Notes: generated by a model from the letters alone, not told the origin. A stretch of 64,000 nucleotides of DNA from Macrostomum lignano (GCA_002269645.1 NIVC01001319.1:124001-188000), one strand, 5' to 3'; numbered from the stretch's first letter, positions 27,086-39,393 are shown. Made by a program: numbers and translations.

Positions 27086-27645
27086 ATATATGGAAACGTA
27101 CTGATATGTATCTAGGATGTAGTTTAGCTGGGGATTGAATGGTCACAAATGTGGAAATGGAACGTTACGCGGGTACTGAATTTTAGTTTCACAAAAGCAA
27201 CTAAGACAATGAGTCAGTCAGTGGAACAGAGCAAACAGAACAGAGCAGAGCAATCAATTCAGTGCATCGAATCTAGCGAGACAAGTCGCAAAACGGACGC
27301 TCTGAAACGGATGTTTTTTACAACGGGACCTGACATCGCAGGATCGCTGGCTGAACGAAGGAGAAATGTGAGCAAAATTAATTAAATTATGCACGGCATA
27401 TTAAAGAAAAGCAGTGTTTGCTTCCATTAAATATAAATATGTACAATAGACAAATGCAGAAAAAGGTGTACATACTAGATTACCATTCAAATTTCTCATT
27501 TCTGTATGCGGATTTTATAAGATTCGACATCCAAGAGTGTTTAAAGAAAAGACATATAACTCAAACAGTCGGCGGCAGAGGCAAATTTTAATTACAAAAC
27601 AGTCAGTTTACAGACATTGAGACAGTCATGCAGCACCGCAATTTG

Positions 27646-30600
27646 TCATGCATGGGACGCCTGCGCGTGCGACAAGAGCACGATGTGCGTGTCTGTGAGG
27701 ACACACGCGCCCAAGATGCGCCGCGCATCCAGTTCACGCATGTCTGCCTCCGGAAGTTCTCCAAAGGGGTCGCAGCGCAGACGGCGGACATGCCGGAAGG
27801 AGCATCCCCCGGGTGCATTGTCTTGGCTTGCAGCGCCACTGAAGATTGGCTGTGGAGGCGGTGGCTCCACCGGCAGCAGTCCGATGCGGAGGATAACGCG
27901 GGGGCCCCTTGGCATAATAGCTTCCACACGGGCAAAGAGGAAGTCATGTGCGGAGCGATCACTCGGGTGAGACCAGTTGTCCGCAAACATGCCGACGAAG
28001 CTGGAGACTGTGCGTCGCGCCCGCAACCGAGGTGAGTAGGCCTCAATACGGAAGCCGTTCGGCAGCAACGCGTGTCTGAAGCACCCGTCAGTCCGTCGCA
28101 ATGGGTGAGTCACAACCACCCCATCCACTTCCTGCCGGTTGTCAGGGACAGCAGGAGGAAGCGGGACTCTACCGCGCAGTTCCCGACAGGCGACCTCCGT
28201 CTGGATGACGGCGTGCAGCTCAGCGCCGAGGCTCCGGCTGCCGTGCAGCTGGGAGAGCAGAGCATGATGATGCGCCTCGAATTGCGCCGCTGACAGGAGG
28301 TGGATAGGGCCGAACATTTCGGCATAGTCGGTCGGAAAAAAATTCAATGACCGTGTGGTGACAGTGAGAACAAAATCTGCAACTTTGTTTAAAAACCCTT
28401 AACGACACTCTCCAGCACCTTGTGCATATTGTAAGTACTGGCGCGTCGCGAGTACAGGCCGTGGAGTTGATGGCCGAACTGGCGCAGGTTCGCCCTTGTC
28501 CCTGCAACTTCCGTCATCGGCGCCCCCTCCAGAGTCAGCCAAAAGACGGAGGATGACAGCAACAGGAAGTGTTGCAGGTATCGCTCATACTCGCCATGCA
28601 ACACATGGGGCAGCACCAGAGGGCCGTATGCCAGCAGCCACGCTTCAAACTCGTGCCCGCGGAAGTGATGAAGATCCCGGAGACTGCGGGGAGGTCGCTG
28701 AATGGAGCCCCTTGGAACCCGGATCTGGGCCGTCATTACGTCCACGGTCGGAATGTCGTGCCGCAGATCAGGATTGACTGTAAGAAAGCCCGTTATTGGG
28801 ATTCCAACTGCGTATTCTTCATATGTACTGTAAGTGGGATGGATTTGTAGCGATAGACGCAGCTGTATCTCACCTGCATATTTGTCTGGCTTTCTGTCCA
28901 TCTGGCTGAACAACTGGCAGATGATGTACTTAACGCCACCCAGCGTCTGGTGCAAGTAGCAGAACGGCGAGTCCACAATGTAGTCGAACCCCTGTCGCAC
29001 CAGTCCGATCAGAGGCGAAACGGACTTCACGCCGAGCAGGTTGCTGGCGGCCGGTGCCTTATTACCGGCGAGGTGCACCGTGTCCTCCAGAGTCCGGCGT
29101 GTTACGTTCTGGCAGCCATGCCGTTCCGCTTCGGCGAGGTGCACATTCGTGACATCAGGAGGGAAGAAACGGCCGCCACCACCGGGAACAGGGGCCGTCT
29201 GGATGTAACAGTGGTCACACCCGAAAAGCGCATTAAACTGCTGCAGACAGGTTGCTTCGACACGCTGGGGTGCATCCAGAAGCAGCACCAGGATTGTCAC
29301 GAACAGACGACCGGCGGAAAGTCCGTCTGGGCCGCCACCTAAAATTTAATACGCAGCCTAAGTGCGGATGCTTTTCTTTGGACCGTCTTATCCGTCAATG
29401 TTGGAGTAAATATTTACCAGTGGAGTACTCCACGCCACGCGACTGCAGAATATTTAACTGCTGTACAAGAAGTCGGAGGAAGGCGGTGCAATTCAGTTTC
29501 CGGCGTCCACACCAGAACCCGCAGATGATTAAAAATTTTCCTTTCAGTCGTTCGGGCACCTCGTTGATGCTCAGGTACACCGGGCAAATTGAATAGGTGG
29601 CTGTTTGAAAGACCTGCACAATGGCAACGAATTATTAATTTTGTTACTCACACTATCGGACTGTAACTATAGGCCGCAGCCCGGAGTGTAACGATTTTAA
29701 CGCCATAAAGTTGACTGACCTGGAAAGAGTCAATATTCACCGTTCCGCTGACATGCTGCTTCGCCGCCACGTCGATACGGGCCTTGAAATACTGGTATCT
29801 GCTGGAGGTACTGCGACTCAGCGACTCCTCTGTGGCCGACTGATCAGCCGGAAACACCACCTTGCGCAGCAGTCCCTGCGTTTCGATTAACTGTCTCACT
29901 TGGCTCAGTATGTCCAACTGCCAGTAGGTCCCGCGCAGGTCAGCTGTGAGAGCGGCAGCACAGCATGGACAGGCGGGGGCCTGCTCCGGGACTTCAGCCA
30001 GGCAGGACAGGCAGTAGTGTGTGCAGTTCACCTTTTTGTTGACCCGAGAGCCTTGCGCAGTAGATAGGGTGACGTGGGGATCTTGGAGCCAGGAGGCAGG
30101 GTGCTTTCGAATAGCTGCAGCAGGTCCGTCAGTGCGCATCGTGTGAGTCGGTGTCGCGTCTGTATAGTCGCAAAAAGGTGACGCATTCGTGGCACTCGCA
30201 TTCCATACGTGACAGACATTGACAATTTCAGACTGACATTCACCTTAAACATCTGGACAGCAACGCAGAAACTGCCGTATGTGTGACGGCTGCCGTCAGT
30301 CACTGGCTGCTGCCGGTCAGGACCGCCATAGTCATGTTCCTGCGCAGTGTCATCTGACTCTGAGTCTCCAGAATCTGTGGAATTGTCAGCAGGGTCGCCA
30401 CCAAGCACGTGCACATCCTCCATGTCGCTGCTGCTCTCTTCGTCTGCATCATACGATGCTTCGCGTTGCCCATGCCCCTGGCCACACCCGTGCACGTGGT
30501 CGCCAGCTGGCGTCGCATTTGCACCAGCGACGGGTCCAACTGTGTCGCCGGCAGGTCTTGGGATAAATCGATTAATTTCCTCGTCCGAATGCTCTGCGTC

Positions 30601-30831
30601 GTACACTGTGTCCTCAGTTGCAGGCTCTGCATTCGCACCACTGGGAGGTACAGCAATTGCGCCTGCAGCTTCCTGCCGTTTGCGCGCCTGATAGCGGTAC
30701 TGGTGTTTGGCAGCACGTGCCTTACGCGCAGCTGCCTTCACAGGGTCCTCCGTGGCAATCCGTTGCCGCTTGTAGTCTGCATAATACTGACGCCTGTCAG
30801 GGCGCCTGACGCCTCCAGGAACATCATCCAT
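27646..30831 (-). CDS. EnSpm/CACTA transposase, spliced (near-intact)
   Basis: Motifs NIDSF, SICPVYLSINEVP, LLDAP..QQFNALFGCDHC, CYLH, RPPRSL..FRGHEFEAWLL, TYNMH, GPIHLLSAAQFE. GT-AG introns at 30160-30243, 29614-29719, 29339-29417 and 28778-28873. One 1-bp frameshift near 30040; the junction at 28330-28420 is unresolved. Confidence 0.9.
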
Positions 30832-33441
30832 GGCTGTGGGTTTTTGGGTGGTCGCATCGCATTATCTGTCTGCCTGTCTTTTGCTGCATTTAGAGGATCT
30901 TGCCATTGCTTAGTCTATATATATAATGCTGCAACCACAAGAGGCTGTTGTCCAATATTGAAACTGGCAATCTGGCAATGCTGCCATAACTAGAACTAGA
31001 AGTGGAAGCAACAGTCTCCTCTAATGTCCTCATGTTCAAGGTCTATTTCATTTGAGTTTACTAATGTTGCTACCTTAAACAGAAGGAAGGAGAAAGGGAC
31101 ATTAAAAGAAGAAATTAAAAATAAATACTTTGAGAAGCAAAAACTTTTGAAGCAAATTGATATAGAAGTGGAAGGAATTTGCAACATTATTCTTGTTAGT
31201 AGTACCAATCATGAAAATGTGTCATAGGTTATATTCTTACTTTTTTATACATTAAATGGACAGTTGTAAATCAAGCTATTTCTTGGATTTATGTATGCAG
31301 AAGTCTATAAATTAAGCTAGCCAAGTATGGATATTTTTTTAAACAAATGTTCTTGGACATTAAAGGCAATAGTCCATTTTTTGTATGGTATCATTACTAT
31401 ACTATACGACTTTATATTAAATTATATTAATTAAAATTTCCTATTACGCCTAAATATGCATATTAATAATTACTCCTAGGCATATTAAGAAACCTAGACT
31501 TAAGATCTTGAATTGAAAGCTTGAGATCTACACTTATTTATTTCAAGATCTTGTTTTCCCTTTTCGTATGATATTCAAAATGAGATGCAAGAAATTGTTT
31601 CAGCTGTTTTGACATGATTGTATCTTTAAAAAAAGATAGCTAGGAATGATAGTAGCTAGCAAGAAATCATTTTTTCAGCTTGATAGTGCCTAAAATGACA
31701 AAAAAGCAATGTAGACTTTCTATTAATAACCAATAAAAATGAAATATTATATACAAAATTCATATCACATCATATATGCATATTTTCACAATTTCACACT
31801 GATTGATTTCTAGAAAAAAAGCTCTAAATTATGTGTCTAAAGACAGTTTAAATACATCAATATAATGAATCAAAACACATGAACTCTCAAGCTTAGGCCT
31901 TCTCAGCCTAAAAATCTTATCAGATGCGACTTGTAAATAGGTCTAGTCATATACTTTAATTGGCAACAAATTCTTATTTATATATACATGCCAAAGGCAA
32001 AAATCAAGAATTTTGCCACACAAATGATACAAAGGTCATATAATTAATTAAGTACAAGCCAAAAAAGTGTACAGCTAGAAAGCTGCCTACAATGAAAGAT
32101 GAAGAAACATTTAACAGATTACTCTTACTAATCTCCTATACTTATTTTAACATTGCACAAAGCCACAACAATTAGGCAACAAATAAACGACTACTAAACA
32201 CAAAAGTTGGTCCAGTCATTCCAAGTATTGACTAAAATACTTTTAGTATTAGAGAGCTCCGGTTTAGGCAGAGGCCTGTTATGCCAGCCAGTTAAATGTA
32301 AGTGCAGATCACAGAAGTGCAGCACTACTCTTCTTTGGGCATGATCTGAGCGAAAAATACAATGCAATTTGAATCTGTGCCTATTCCACTCGAGCAAGAT
32401 AACGCAATTGTCGTTAATTGTAGACACACGTTGGGTGCTCGCTCAGTTCATTCATGCCTATAATAGATGTTTTCAACAAGTTGCGCAATTGAAATACATT
32501 TCATAATTAGTCATCATTGGTCTTTTAAAGTGGGCCTTCGACGGCAGTTAAATTCCAAATAAAACATTTGCTTCCGGTCTTTTGCCAACAGAATTACTGT
32601 ATTCCATCAAAAAGTCTACTTTAATTATTACTTTCAATTGTATTGTTGCGTTTCAGAACGTAATGCAAGGTGTCAGAAAGGGTATAATCTACCGCAGTGA
32701 TAATACAGCGGCAACATGTTGCTAGTAAATGTGCAGCTTCCTGGCAAAGTCAACCATGCAAGCTAATACTGTAACAATATTGACACCGAATATGGAGCCA
32801 TGAAATTTTCAATCGCGCTCGTGATCTCCCCTACTAGCTCCTTGTATCTGGCTGCGATATTAGCCGCATCCTTGCGGCTGGCCGTCAGCCGACTGCTGAC
32901 CGTGCGGGGCGGCGGGATGACGTCGAGAAATTATTCATGTCACTGCCACGCGCGCGGCGGCCGCGCGGCCGTTGAATTCAGCGACGGCGGCGACCAGCGC
33001 GCGACGGTACTTTGCATGATCCCGTTGGCGTAAACTTAGCTGGCTAGGCGTCATTCCAACTGGTTGGGCGTAAGCTTAGCTGTCTAAGCGTCACTTCAGT
33101 TGGTTGAGCGTAAAATTGGCTGTCAGAGCAGCCAAAGCGTCATTTGGGCGGGCAGAGCGTAATTTCGGCGGCCCAAGCGTACTTTCCTACATGGCCGTAA
33201 ACTTAGCTGCCTAGGCGTCTTTCCAGCTGGTTGCGCGTAAAATTAGCTGCCTAAGTTGCCCAGGCGTTTATTAGCTGGTTAAGCGGGTTTGCCGTTTTTC
33301 TCTCCCCCCACCCACCACCCCAATTTTACGCCTAACTGACACTCAGCCAGCCCAAAGCACGCTCTGCACACCCAAAACTCGCCTTCTCTGCTTAAAAAAC
33401 GCCAAAATCACGCTTGCGCTGAGGCACCATTTTCCAGCGGG

Positions 33442-33660
33442 TATCCCCGACAGAATCAGAGCATAGCAGGTGTCCTACTTGCTCTGAAAACTTCGAACAT
33501 AATCCCATTAAATCCATCCATATTATCTCCGAATCGGAGTGTCGCACTCGCTCTCAAAACGTCATCCATAATCCTAACCTATCCTCCTTCCTCCACGACA
33601 GAATCAGAGCGTAACAGGTGTCCTACATAATCCACTGACATCCACCCATAGCAGCTTCGA
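33442..33660. repeat. Satellite-like tandem unit, right of the CACTA insertion
   Basis: Same unit as 23625-23749; the two sides rejoin as CCATAT-TAT-CCCCGACAGAATCAG. Confidence 0.75.
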
Positions 33661-33754
33661 AACAATCAGAAAATAATCTGCATTCTTCTCCCCACATTCA
33701 ATTCGCGAAACCAGATCCCTAAGACTTAAATCATCAGCGCAGGGTCCTTACCCT

Positions 33755-34021
33755 TTGAAAAAAATTAAATTGTCAATAAAAATGCTTCTAATCGTCTCTC
33801 CAGGTTCTTATTACAAAGCGCACGAGCCTCATTACAAGAGTAAATACCGATGCAAACTAGAATGCAGCGAGTACATGAAAAAATATTGGCCCGGCGTTGA
33901 TATTAATGTCCCAAATATTAATCTAGCTCTCCAAAGACACTGGTTTCATAAGTATGGAGTAACCTACGTAAAAGATTACGACAGCTACTATAACTTTGCA
34001 GAAATCCTTAGGCAATTGTAA
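33755..34021 (+). CDS. Small RNase T2-like ORF (degenerate active-site motifs)
   Basis: YMKKYWPGVDINVPN...LQRHWFHKYG...YYNFAEILRQL follows the spacing of the RNase T2 MxxYWPxV..PN..FWxHEWxKHG region. Confidence 0.45.
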   Translation: MKKIKLSIKMLLIVSPGSYYKAHEPHYKSKYRCKLECSEYMKKYWPGVDINVPNINLALQRHWFHKYGVTYVKDYDSYYNFAEILRQL

Positions 34022-34059
34022 TTTGTACTTTTGTTTTTGTAGTTCGCAATTGGGATTTC

Positions 34060-34250
34060 TCACATTCTCTCAATGATCAACGTCAATACCTTCATAATAT
34101 CTTCACCGTTGAAATCAACACCCACCCCATCTTCAGTCTCAAACTGTAGCAAAATCTCGTGAATCTCCTTATTACTCAATACAACTCTTTTTACTGGATT
34201 TGGTTTCTCTACCAACATCTGTCCTCTGGCAACAGAAGAAATCGAAAAGC
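34060..34250 (-). pseudogene. Polinton minor capsid (penton-like) C-terminal fragment
   Basis: FSISSVARGQMLVEKPNPVKRVVLSNKEIHEILLQFETEDGVGVDFNGEDIMKVLTLIIERM* matches the ExP...IxxIxxxxxDxxGxxxDFxGE pattern. Confidence 0.65.
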
Positions 34251-35639
34251 AAACTTAAAAGCTTACTAAAACATACTGAGTTCATTTATTCACAAGTATA
34301 TTTACATAAAACAAAGGAAAGGAAAGGCGGAAAGAGCAGACACTAAGTGCGCAGGGCTATCCGGCTGAGAATTTCCTCCGCGACGTGCGAGCTAGTTGCA
34401 AGGCTGGAAATGAATGAAGGTAGAGAAAGAACAAGATATTGTAGATCCTCGCACAATCCAAAATCGATATTATTCGGACCCAGAATAATATTGATTTTCC
34501 TCCCGCTCATTTCGTGTACAGCTAATTGTATAGGGCAGAGTTCTTCCAGGGTTGATATAGATTTATACTTACTGGGTATACGAGCGCGTATTGTGCCTTT
34601 AACCCTCCTGCACATTCTCGGTTCCACCAGCTGCTGCCAAATTTGCCGCCCCAGGGATAACAACGTTACCATGAGCAGCTTCTGACATTTGATTGGCTTG
34701 CGGAACTGTTGGGTCAGTCCAAATATTTGCGTCGCGTTGATAGCGGTACTCACTTAAAATGAGAGTAGCGTTATCCAACAAGAAGGAATCTCGGACTTTA
34801 CGTTGCAACCGAGGCAGCGACGTCAGAAGTTCATAGATTTTGAGCTTCTTCTGCACCTCATGTTCTTTCACACCAAAAGTTTCCGCAACCCTTTGATTTG
34901 ATGCCCGCCGTCTGGATTTTGCCTTACGAGTATATATAAGCCCCCTGCAGAAAGCCGCGGCAACAGACTTTCCATCCGCCTGTTGCTCCGTTTGCAAGAG
35001 TTCTGTATGGTGCGTACGATAAGAATCGTCCGAATCCATTTGGAATTCGGCAACAAAGTTCCTCATTTGTTAATAACTAAGAAGTAAATCTTTATCAGCA
35101 ACAAATGATCGGCGAAGTTCTCATAGCGTAGTTGCGATCCTGGGCCTCCATGGCCGCTCTTGAAGGAATTCGCTGGTTCTCAACTTTTTAATTGAAGAAA
35201 TGGTGGAGAACTTCTCGAATTCTCTCTGATGCCAGTTCGTTGGCATGTAATCCTTCAACATGGCGACCGTGGATATTTTCTAGGTCGGTCCAGCAGAACG
35301 TAATTTTTTTGTGAACTAAAAATAAGGATTTAATCAAAATAAGAGATGTTTCAATTCTTACCGAAGGATTATCAGGAAGTAAAAAAAAATAATTAAACTT
35401 ACAACATAATGAAATCAGCAGCCACGACAGTGCAGTATCGTGCGTGACGAAGAACGTGTGCGGGTGAAATAAGTTGAATTTTCTTGCTTGAATCATTCTG
35501 CTCTCTCGACCCCCAGCTCTTACAGCAGTCTTACAAGTTCTTTATTTGGCGCGTGCAACCGTGTAGCCGGGAATTGTCCAGCCTTTGGATGAGGAAGCTT
35601 TTCAATTAATCCATGTGCATCTAAGTTACCACCATAGCT

Positions 35640-38616
35640 TTGCGTCATTTATTTAAAATTTTCTTTTTAAAAATAGCAGAAGAAAAACTTAAATCTATCT
35701 ACTACAGCGACAAAGGATTCTTTGTAGACAAAAATGCAGTCGCGAATCTTGCAGAACTAAGTAATGAATCAAAACAAACAGTTGAAAGATGGCTCTCCAA
35801 GCAAGCAGTTCACCAAGTCTATTTTCCACCAGTAAAATTTGAAACGCCCCATTTCAGTATTTTTAAACCTAATGAGGCGCACCAAGCATATCTTCAGTTT
35901 CTCCCAAACGACTCAGGCTACAAGTATGCTCTCACAGTTATAGACATTGCCTCCAGATATAAGGAAGCTCGCCCACTCAAGACGAAGAAGTCAGAGATTG
36001 TTGCCAGCGCACTGCAAGAGATCTATGAAACCTCTCCTCTAACCTATCCAGAAATGTTCATGGCCGATCAGGGTATGGAATTCTATAGGGCAGCAAGAAG
36101 TCTCCTACAAAAGCATAATGCGGAAATACGCTATGGCAGAACAGACCTGCACAGGGACCAAGCGTACCTTGAGAGATTCAATTCAACTCTAGCCAAGAGA
36201 CTATTCACTAAGCAGACAGCGCAAGAACTCAAACTGAGTGCGGGGCAGTACTATTCAAAATGGACAGACCGCCTCCCCACTGTTATAGAGCAACTGAACA
36301 ATGAGTAAATAATGTTAATGTCCTACCGGCGCTCGCAAAACAATCGTCACGCACTGGGGCCGCTGTTTCTTTTCATTGTATCGCTCGCTATTGGACGATC
36401 AAATCGTATGAACTGTCTGTGGCATAGAAAAGTGAGACGCTCGTAGCAGGGGGGTGTGAAGAAAACTTGAAGAAAACTTTGATGTCTATGGTAGAGTGTA
36501 TTCATACCCTTCTCTCTAGCCTATTTGACGATATTAGCATTGAGGATTACCATAGACAAAACTTGCATTGCAACGCACTGTACATTTTATATTCTGTTTT
36601 GTACTAAGGACGAAAGTTGATTGAGGCAAGCAGGGGAGAAGAGAACATGCTTAGACTAGAGAGAAATATAAACAAACCTGGAAGCCTAGACATAGACGCT
36701 AGACGTGTCCATCTTCTAAATTTTAAGAATCTTCCTGTCGATAGCTTAAATGCTTTGTCCCAGTCCGAGTTGGATCTCGTGGCCGAACTGTCGCGCAACG
36801 ACTGCCGTCCTGACGAGCTAGTGACCCAGTTCTTTTTGTTTTGTGAGAACTCCATCGGCGACAAAGCGAACTCATCCGATCTGCCTGCTGATATTCGTGA
36901 ACAACTTACCAGCATCGATGAAGCTGAGATGGAATGTCTACCTCAAAGCAGTCGGAAACAGATGGAGGATCATGTCATGGAATGACAACACCCTGAATCA
37001 GTATCTACGATTATTCTACTTCCATTTGAAAACAAAGAGCGGTGAGAGCTATTCACCATCGTCGTTAGTCTGCATCCGAGCCGCTATCCACTCGGATGGA
37101 CGGCAGTATGCATGTTTGCCGACGCTACCATCGAAGAATCAATTAGCAACACTGGACGCTGGTCAGGTCGCCGATTTGAAGCACGCTAGAATATATGATC
37201 TTGAGCTGCTAGAACTGTACGAGTCGGTGATTCCGGATTCCGGCGACCACTTTCTACCTCGTCCTATGAAGAGCACCATTGGGAAGAAGTTTATCTTCTC
37301 TGATAAGGCACACCGTTGTCTGCGTTATTTACAAGAGTTCATGAAGAACCTATCCGAGAAGGCTAAGCTAAGCAAGCCTTATACCAACCACTGCATTAGG
37401 TGAGTATATTTGTGTTACGAAGTAAAAGTAAAAGCATAATTGTTTGTTCACCTTTCTGAACAAGATACCATTGCATTTTTAGAGTCACGCGCATTTGCGA
37501 CTTGGAAAGCGAAGGGCATGCTGTCCACGACATCATGCTTGTGACGGGTCACAAGTCGGAGGCGACCGTTCGGCGATATCTGCATAAGAGGCGTGATCGA
37601 AGTTTGTACAAGTCCTCTGTGAACGTGCATACCGCCATGAAGAAGTCTTTGGATTGTATGGATCGTACTGAGGCTGCACCTTCCATTAGTGGAGATGAGG
37701 AGTTTCATCGGGTCCAAGGCCCACCAGAAAAAAAATGCGAATCCAAGTGAACGGCAATTCGAACATCATTGATTTCTTTTTTGAATAGCTTTAATGACTG
37801 CATTGTTTAGCAATTTGACGATCATTATTCACATTTTTAATGCAGAACAATCCATTACTACGAACAATGCACTGTCTGTAGGATCGTCAAACAGAAAAAC
37901 AATGCAAAGAATCAGCGGTCGCAGCACGTGACAACGATTTGTCTATGGCTCGCGCCTAACGCCTGCATCGAATCACGACGGCGCCGGCAAATCTGCCGCG
38001 CCTGCGGTGACGGCGACCGGCGTTAGGCGCTCGCCAGACAATCGTTGTCACGCACTGGGACCGCTGATTATTTATCCATTGACTGAAAGTTAACTTTTGT
38101 TGGTGTTCATTTGAGGCATTCATCACATAGGTTTCGTCTATGTTCGTTCTTGTTACTTCTTTCGAATAAATTGAACATTCGTCTAGGTTCAATGCCGAGT
38201 GGCAAACAATGAATTATAACGCATAAAAACTACAAATAATGATCGTCAAATTGCTATACAATGAAGTCACACGCCTGACTGGATTGAGACCGTCCCATGC
38301 AATTAAACAAGACACTGTCAAACTTAAGGCATCTCATGGAACAGACACCTCGAACTACCCTAAGCTTCCAGGAGTTTAATCACTGACAAACTCTGAGTTT
38401 CTACGCTTTTTATATCTACCTGGAGAGCTAGAGAAGGACACTAAAAGAAGAGCTACAGATCCATACTTCAGCCTTGATGTACATAAAATAGACAGACATT
38501 TTACCTCCGACTCTAGAGAGTGTTACTTTTTATCTCAGGCCTTTAACCCTAAATCCCCCACGCGGTCATTTACTAGAGCTGAACTCCTAGTGATACCAGC
38601 TGACACAGAAATTAAT
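35640..38616 (+). pseudogene. Polinton retroviral-like integrase, split by an insertion (35640-36304 and 38258-38616)
   Basis: IYYS..., HQAYL (first Asp replaced by Tyr), YKYALTVIDIASRY, ADQGMEF, ERFNSTL, IEQLNNE; resumes as VTRLTGLRPSHAIK...FLYLPGELEKDTKRRATDPYFS...RSFTRAELLVIP. Confidence 0.88.
36328..37956 (+). mobile_element. Crypton-like tyrosine recombinase element, internally deleted, with imperfect TIRs of about 40 bp
   Basis: LNQYLRLFYFHLKTKSGESYSPSSL..IRAAI; YTNHCIR across GT-AG intron 37400-37482 to VTRIC...IMLVTGHKSEATVRRY (HxxR, H and Y catalytic residues); TIR-like ends at 36328-36365 and 37913-37956. Confidence 0.8.
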
Positions 38617-38776
38617 TAAAATATTAAAATAAAAAATTGAAACCAAAGATTGACAAAGATTGAAACCAGAACCATCAATAAACTTAATAAAATCATTGAT
38701 TCAAAGAGACCAGGTCTTGTAATTATTAAAGGTGCCAAAGTAAAAATCGATCCCGTGCAGCAAATAGTTCAGTGTA

Positions 38777-39103
38777 ATGAGCAAACACAGCATCACAGAT
38801 GAAAAGTCAGGAGGAATCCTACCATTAGCAGCTCTTATCCCAATCATTGCAGGCGCTGTAAGTGCCACAGGTGGTGTAGCTGGAAGTGTAGCAACTGCTG
38901 TTAAAGCTGGGAATGATAGAGCCCACCAGCTAGAATTGCAAAAGATTGCAAGAGACAAAGGTATAACAATTAAGGCAGGAGATGGTTGCCCTGATTGTGA
39001 TGATCGTGATGATTGTGAGCATGAAAATTCTGTAAGCAAGTCCGACATTGTCAAAGCCATCATGACACTGCACAATGCTGGGTTTACAATAATGCGGATG
39101 TGA
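38777..39103 (+). CDS. Adenovirus pX-like / Polinton small membrane-active virion protein
   Basis: GGILPLAALIPIIAGAVSATGGVAGSVATAV is the GG(F/I)LPxLIPII signature followed by a Gly/Ala-rich hydrophobic helix; the ORF is intact. Confidence 0.65.
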   Translation: MSKHSITDEKSGGILPLAALIPIIAGAVSATGGVAGSVATAVKAGNDRAHQLELQKIARDKGITIKAGDGCPDCDDRDDCEHENSVSKSDIVKAIMTLHNAGFTIMRM

Positions 39104-39393
39104 ATGTGAATGTGAATGCGATGAGGTTTAAAACCCCCACTTTATCCAGCTTCATAAACCCAACGCTAATTATAGGATGTAGAAACAGTTCAACTTTTCT
39201 ATTAGGGTGGTCACCCTCAAATTTTTTTTTATTTTAGAGAAAAAAATGCCAAAAGCCAATCCAGAAAAAGATTCAGTCAACAAATATTTTTCAAAAAGCG
39301 TCTCATTTCAAGACAGAAGTAATATACTAAGAGAAACATGTAAACAAAAGTTAAACACCTTACCCTGGTCACCTGGGAAGCTATGAAAAACAG

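Larger units (their letters stand above)
23750..33441 (-). mobile_element. Complete EnSpm/CACTA (CMC) DNA transposon, 9692 bp (copy 2)
   Basis: Perfect 12-bp TIR CCCGCTGGAAAA (23750-23761 and 33430-33441); 3-bp TSD TAT (23747-23749 and 33442-33444); dense ACGCC/GGCGT subterminal repeats at both ends; transposase and accessory gene inside. Confidence 0.92.

Noticed and set aside
32194-32427. 77-aa ORF inside the CACTA upstream region as a possible captured exon
   Set aside because: No motif or convincing splice pair.
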